A stretch of 19,113 bases of DNA, from contig JBBCAX010000142.1 of the NCBI GenBank assembly GCA_051382335.1, positions 1-19,113 of the forward strand, given 5' to 3'. Position 1 is the first letter of the stretch. Every line of letters begins with the position of its first letter. This stretch comes from Deltaproteobacteria bacterium TL4. Lineage in GTDB: Bacteria > SAR324 > NAC60-12. The notes under the pieces are model-generated. The model was not told the DNA's origin. It saw only the letters and a program-made list of their open reading frames with translations, and made no database searches. Position numbers and translations under genes: made by a program. Below, piece after piece: positions 17,240 through 19,113 of this stretch.

Positions 17240-18814
17240 ATGAAATTTTTTAATACGGCGGGACCTGTCAATCCTGAAAAAAACTATTGTCTGAATCCTT
17301 TAGAGCGAATCAAGCTGGATGAAATTCTGACGCTGATTGAACACGAAAAATACTTCATCCTTCACGCACCCCGGCAGACGGGCAAAACCTCATGTCTGCT
17401 GGCGCTGATGAAATATCTCAATCAGGGCAAAATGTACCGTTGCGCTTATGTCAATGTGGAATCCGCGCAGACAGCTCGTGATAATGTAACTAGTGGTATC
17501 CAGGCGATTTTAAGCGCTATGGCGTTTGGAGCGGAATTGTATTTGAAAGAATCATTTCTGAATAACAACTGGAAATCGATTCTGGAGAAAAGTGGAGCGC
17601 ATGACGCTCTCCGGGAAGCGCTTGCGCAATGGACACGAATCGATTCCCGTCCATTGATTCTGATGATGGATGAGATTGACGCCCTGGTTGGAGACACGCT
17701 GATCTCGGTTCTGCGACAATTGCGAGCCGGATACACCGCTCGACCTGACGATTTCCCTCAAAGCGTCCTTCTATGCGGAGTCCGTGACATCCATGATTAC
17801 CGGATACACTCCTCATCCCAGGAAATCATCACCGGAGGCAGCGCCTTCAATATCAAAGCGGAATCGCTGAGGCTGGGCAACTTCACCAAACCCGACGTGA
17901 TGACCCTGTATTTGAAACATACCGAGGAAACCGGGCAGGAATTTACCCCTGATGTCTTTGAATTGGCCTGGGAATTGACAGAGGGACAACCCTGGTTGGT
18001 GAATGCCCTGGGATACGAAGTGAGTTACAAAATGAAAGAAAATCGGGATCGCTCCCGAAAAATCACTGCCGAAATGATTGAAACGGCTAAAGAAAATCTC
18101 ATTCAACGCAGAGAAACTCACTTGGATCAACTGACCGACAAACTAAAGGAAGAACGAGTACGCCGGGTCATCGAACCGATTTTATCAGGTGAGAGTATGC
18201 CGCTCCATCCCGATGATGTTCAGTATGTGATTGACCTGGGTCTGATTACACAAGGCCGAAATGGAGAGACCCGCTTGAGCAACAGAATTTATAAAGAAGT
18301 GATTCCCCGTGAACTTGCCTGGTCCTTTCAAAGCGGCTTCCCTCAAACCACAGTCTGGTATCTCAATGCGGATCAGACTCTGAATCTCTTGGCTCTGTTG
18401 AAAGGATTTCAGGAATTTTTCCGTGAAAATTCGGAACATTGGCTCCAGCAGTTTCAATACCAGGAAGCCGGGCCACAGCTTCTGCTTCAGGCGTTTTTAC
18501 AGAGAATCGTCAATGGCGAAGGACGAGTAGAACGAGAATACGCGCTGGGAAGACGCCGCACCGATCTGCTGGTCAAATGGAAACATCCCCAGGGGCTACA
18601 GAAACTCGTGATTGAATTAAAACTGCTCCGCCATTCCCTGGAACAGACGATAGCGGAAGGTGTCAAACAAACGGCCGATTACATGGATTTGTGCGCTGCC
18701 CAGGAAGGCTACCTGCTGATCTTTGATCGAACCTCCAGCAAAAGCTGGGACGAAAAAATTTTCCAACGGGAAATCACCCACGAACATAAAACCCTTCAAC
18801 TCTTAGGAATGTAA
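17240..18814 (+). CDS. AAA-family ATPase (FFNTAGP / AAA_35-like) with C-terminal PD-(D/E)XK-like domain (524 aa)
   Basis: MKFFNTAGP start, Walker A APRQTGKT, Walker B LMMDEID, TEGQPWLVNAL, and C-terminal REYALGRRRTD...VIELK...QTADY. AGGAG at 17227..17231. Confidence 0.88.
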   Translation: MKFFNTAGPVNPEKNYCLNPLERIKLDEILTLIEHEKYFILHAPRQTGKTSCLLALMKYLNQGKMYRCAYVNVESAQTARDNVTSGIQAILSAMAFGAELYLKESFLNNNWKSILEKSGAHDALREALAQWTRIDSRPLILMMDEIDALVGDTLISVLRQLRAGYTARPDDFPQSVLLCGVRDIHDYRIHSSSQEIITGGSAFNIKAESLRLGNFTKPDVMTLYLKHTEETGQEFTPDVFELAWELTEGQPWLVNALGYEVSYKMKENRDRSRKITAEMIETAKENLIQRRETHLDQLTDKLKEERVRRVIEPILSGESMPLHPDDVQYVIDLGLITQGRNGETRLSNRIYKEVIPRELAWSFQSGFPQTTVWYLNADQTLNLLALLKGFQEFFRENSEHWLQQFQYQEAGPQLLLQAFLQRIVNGEGRVEREYALGRRRTDLLVKWKHPQGLQKLVIELKLLRHSLEQTIAEGVKQTADYMDLCAAQEGYLLIFDRTSSKSWDEKIFQREITHEHKTLQLLGM

Positions 18815-18837
18815 TGCAAATTAACGGCTATCAACTC

Positions 18838-18989
18838 GGCTACTCACTTAAGCCGGGACAGCTATTCAAAGTAGGATGATGTGTTAGCCGGTAGGCGTAA
18901 CGCATCAATAAACCAGCATCTGCCTAATGCGTTACGCTCGCAAGCTCGCTAACACATCCTACCCTGTGTTCCGGCTTAAGTGGGTAGCT
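18838..18989. mobile_element. MITE-like shell C (23-bp TIRs, 8-bp target duplication ATCAACTC) enclosing a GTAG REP doublet
   Basis: ggctactcacttaagccgggaca (18838..18860) matches tgttccggcttaagtgggtagct (18967..18989) at 20/23. atcaactc at 18830..18837 and 18990..18997. Confidence 0.85.
18871..18962. repeat. GTAG-type REP doublet (REPIN-like) of a second sequence class (GTAGGATGTGTTAG)
   Basis: gtaggatgatgtgttagc...gcgtaacgcatc and inverted atgcgttacgc...gctaacacatcctac. Confidence 0.85.
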
Positions 18990-19010
18990 ATCAACTCAAG
19001 GAGAAACATT

Positions 19011-19113
19011 ATGAAAGTTAAATCATCGATAGGATTATCTGATTTTAAAAAACTCATTCAAGGACACTATTATTATGTGGATAAAAGCCTTTTGATTCAA
19101 GAACTCCTGGAAA
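19011..19113 (+). CDS. Third copy of the AAA-ATPase-like/PD-(D/E)XK gene, 3' truncated by the window edge
   Basis: MKVKSSIGLSDFKKLIQGHYYYVDKSLLIQELLE is near-identical to the N-terminus at 6693. AGGAG at 18999..19003. Not listed in the ORF track. Confidence 0.9.
   Translation, partial: MKVKSSIGLSDFKKLIQGHYYYVDKSLLIQELLE

Noticed and set aside
36..18799. Many 60-283 aa antisense and alternate-frame ORFs
   Set aside because: They overlap long, motif-rich + strand genes and show no recognisable domains; their recurrence simply mirrors the duplication.
13923..19010. Integron cassette array with attC sites
   Set aside because: The palindromes lack RYYYAAC...GTTRRRY ends, belong to different families, and no integrase is visible.

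Overview
A bacterial region with every gene on the + strand. It alternates giant signalling proteins with PD-(D/E)XK nuclease-domain proteins, in this order: [partial AAA-ATPase/PD-(D/E)XK] > HstK-type Ser/Thr kinase-AAA-TPR-GAF-His kinase > AAA-ATPase/PD-(D/E)XK > second HstK-type kinase > YhcG/DUF1016 nuclease > REC-adenylate cyclase-hemerythrin > AAA-ATPase/PD-(D/E)XK of a second family > start of a third copy of the first ATPase. The [ATPase-nuclease + kinase] unit is tandemly duplicated (offset 7392 bp over the first ~2 kb) and is a mosaic. The ATPase body and the His-kinase output are near-identical between copies, while the nuclease core and the central helical/TPR region are strongly diverged. 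The most striking non-coding signal is a set of small palindromic elements: GTAG-type REPs and REP doublets, CTCGTTCCCACG-type REP doublets and GGGGAAT heptamer arrays. Three MITE-like 'shells' with 23-25 bp terminal inverted repeats (two with ~8 bp target duplications) each wrap a different REP cargo. Many of these elements sit in frame inside the kinases, including a nested ~80-codon insertion in a GAF domain. No transposase, RAYT, rRNA, tRNA or CRISPR array is visible. All calls come from reading motifs by eye; no database search was run.
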